Virus record (IMG/VR): IMGVR_UViG_3300042445_002563
Length of the DNA: 56,512 nucleotides
Origin: an uncultured virus (IMG/VR IMGVR_UViG_3300042445_002563)
Taxonomy: Duplodnaviria; Heunggongvirae; Uroviricota; Caudoviricetes
Strand: one strand, 5' to 3'
A program made the position numbers and the translations under genes. Below are positions 56,451 through 56,512 of the stretch, in pieces. The notes below the pieces were generated by a model. That model ran no database searches and had not been told where the DNA came from. It worked only from the letters and a program-made list of their open reading frames with translations. Within the stretch, counting starts at the first letter, position 1, and every line of letters starts with the position of its first letter.

Positions 56451-56512
56451 ATGGACAAAGAACTCTTTAAGGACCACACGGATTACTGGCAAGTGGCCAA
56501 CAACATCCGCGA
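56451..56512 (+). CDS. Start of a gene running off the window (MDKELFKDHTDYWQVANNIR)
   Basis: ATG 5 nt after TAAATA at 56440; open to the edge. Confidence 0.55.
   Translation, partial: MDKELFKDHTDYWQVANNIR

Noticed and set aside
1..56512. Bacterial chromosome or prophage origin
   Set aside because: Host-like genes are isolated (pstS without pstCAB, clpP without clpX, groES without groEL) and interleaved with phage genes; no integrase seen
1..56512. Stop-codon reassignment
   Set aside because: Recognisable genes are full length in the standard code and TAA, TGA and TAG all end genes

Overview
A 56.5-kb segment of a large T4-like (myovirus-type, possibly jumbo) dsDNA bacteriophage genome in the standard genetic code. 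Support: dense short ORFs with ATGA/TAATG overlaps, tail-fibre and baseplate-type genes (36.6-48.2 kb), clamp-loader, GroES, PhoH, a DnaE fragment, about 19 near-consensus sigma70 early promoters and about 16 intergenic TAAATA late-type motifs. PstS, ErpA, ClpP and IF-1 look proteobacterial, so an aquatic betaproteobacterial host is a plausible inference. The most striking content is a phage-borne host-membrane and phosphate remodelling programme. Two Pho-box-like direct repeats precede pstS and a plcP-like phospholipase C plus agt-like GT4 glycosyltransferase pair, the bacterial phospholipid-to-glycolipid replacement pathway, and each box sits just upstream of the TAAATA motif. There are also five membrane fatty-acid desaturases (four in tandem) and a phasin-like gene behind a PhaR-type operator. 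Other points: a three-gene ParB/DGQHR + GIY-YIG-like + HNH-like module, a 7-copy 'F-x-D...LKW' paralogue family, ArfA-like and entericidin-like small ORFs missed by the ORF track, and a late SOD with a possible capsid-targeting leader. All functional calls come from motif recognition by eye; no searches were run. No tRNA, rRNA, CRISPR or IS element was recognised.
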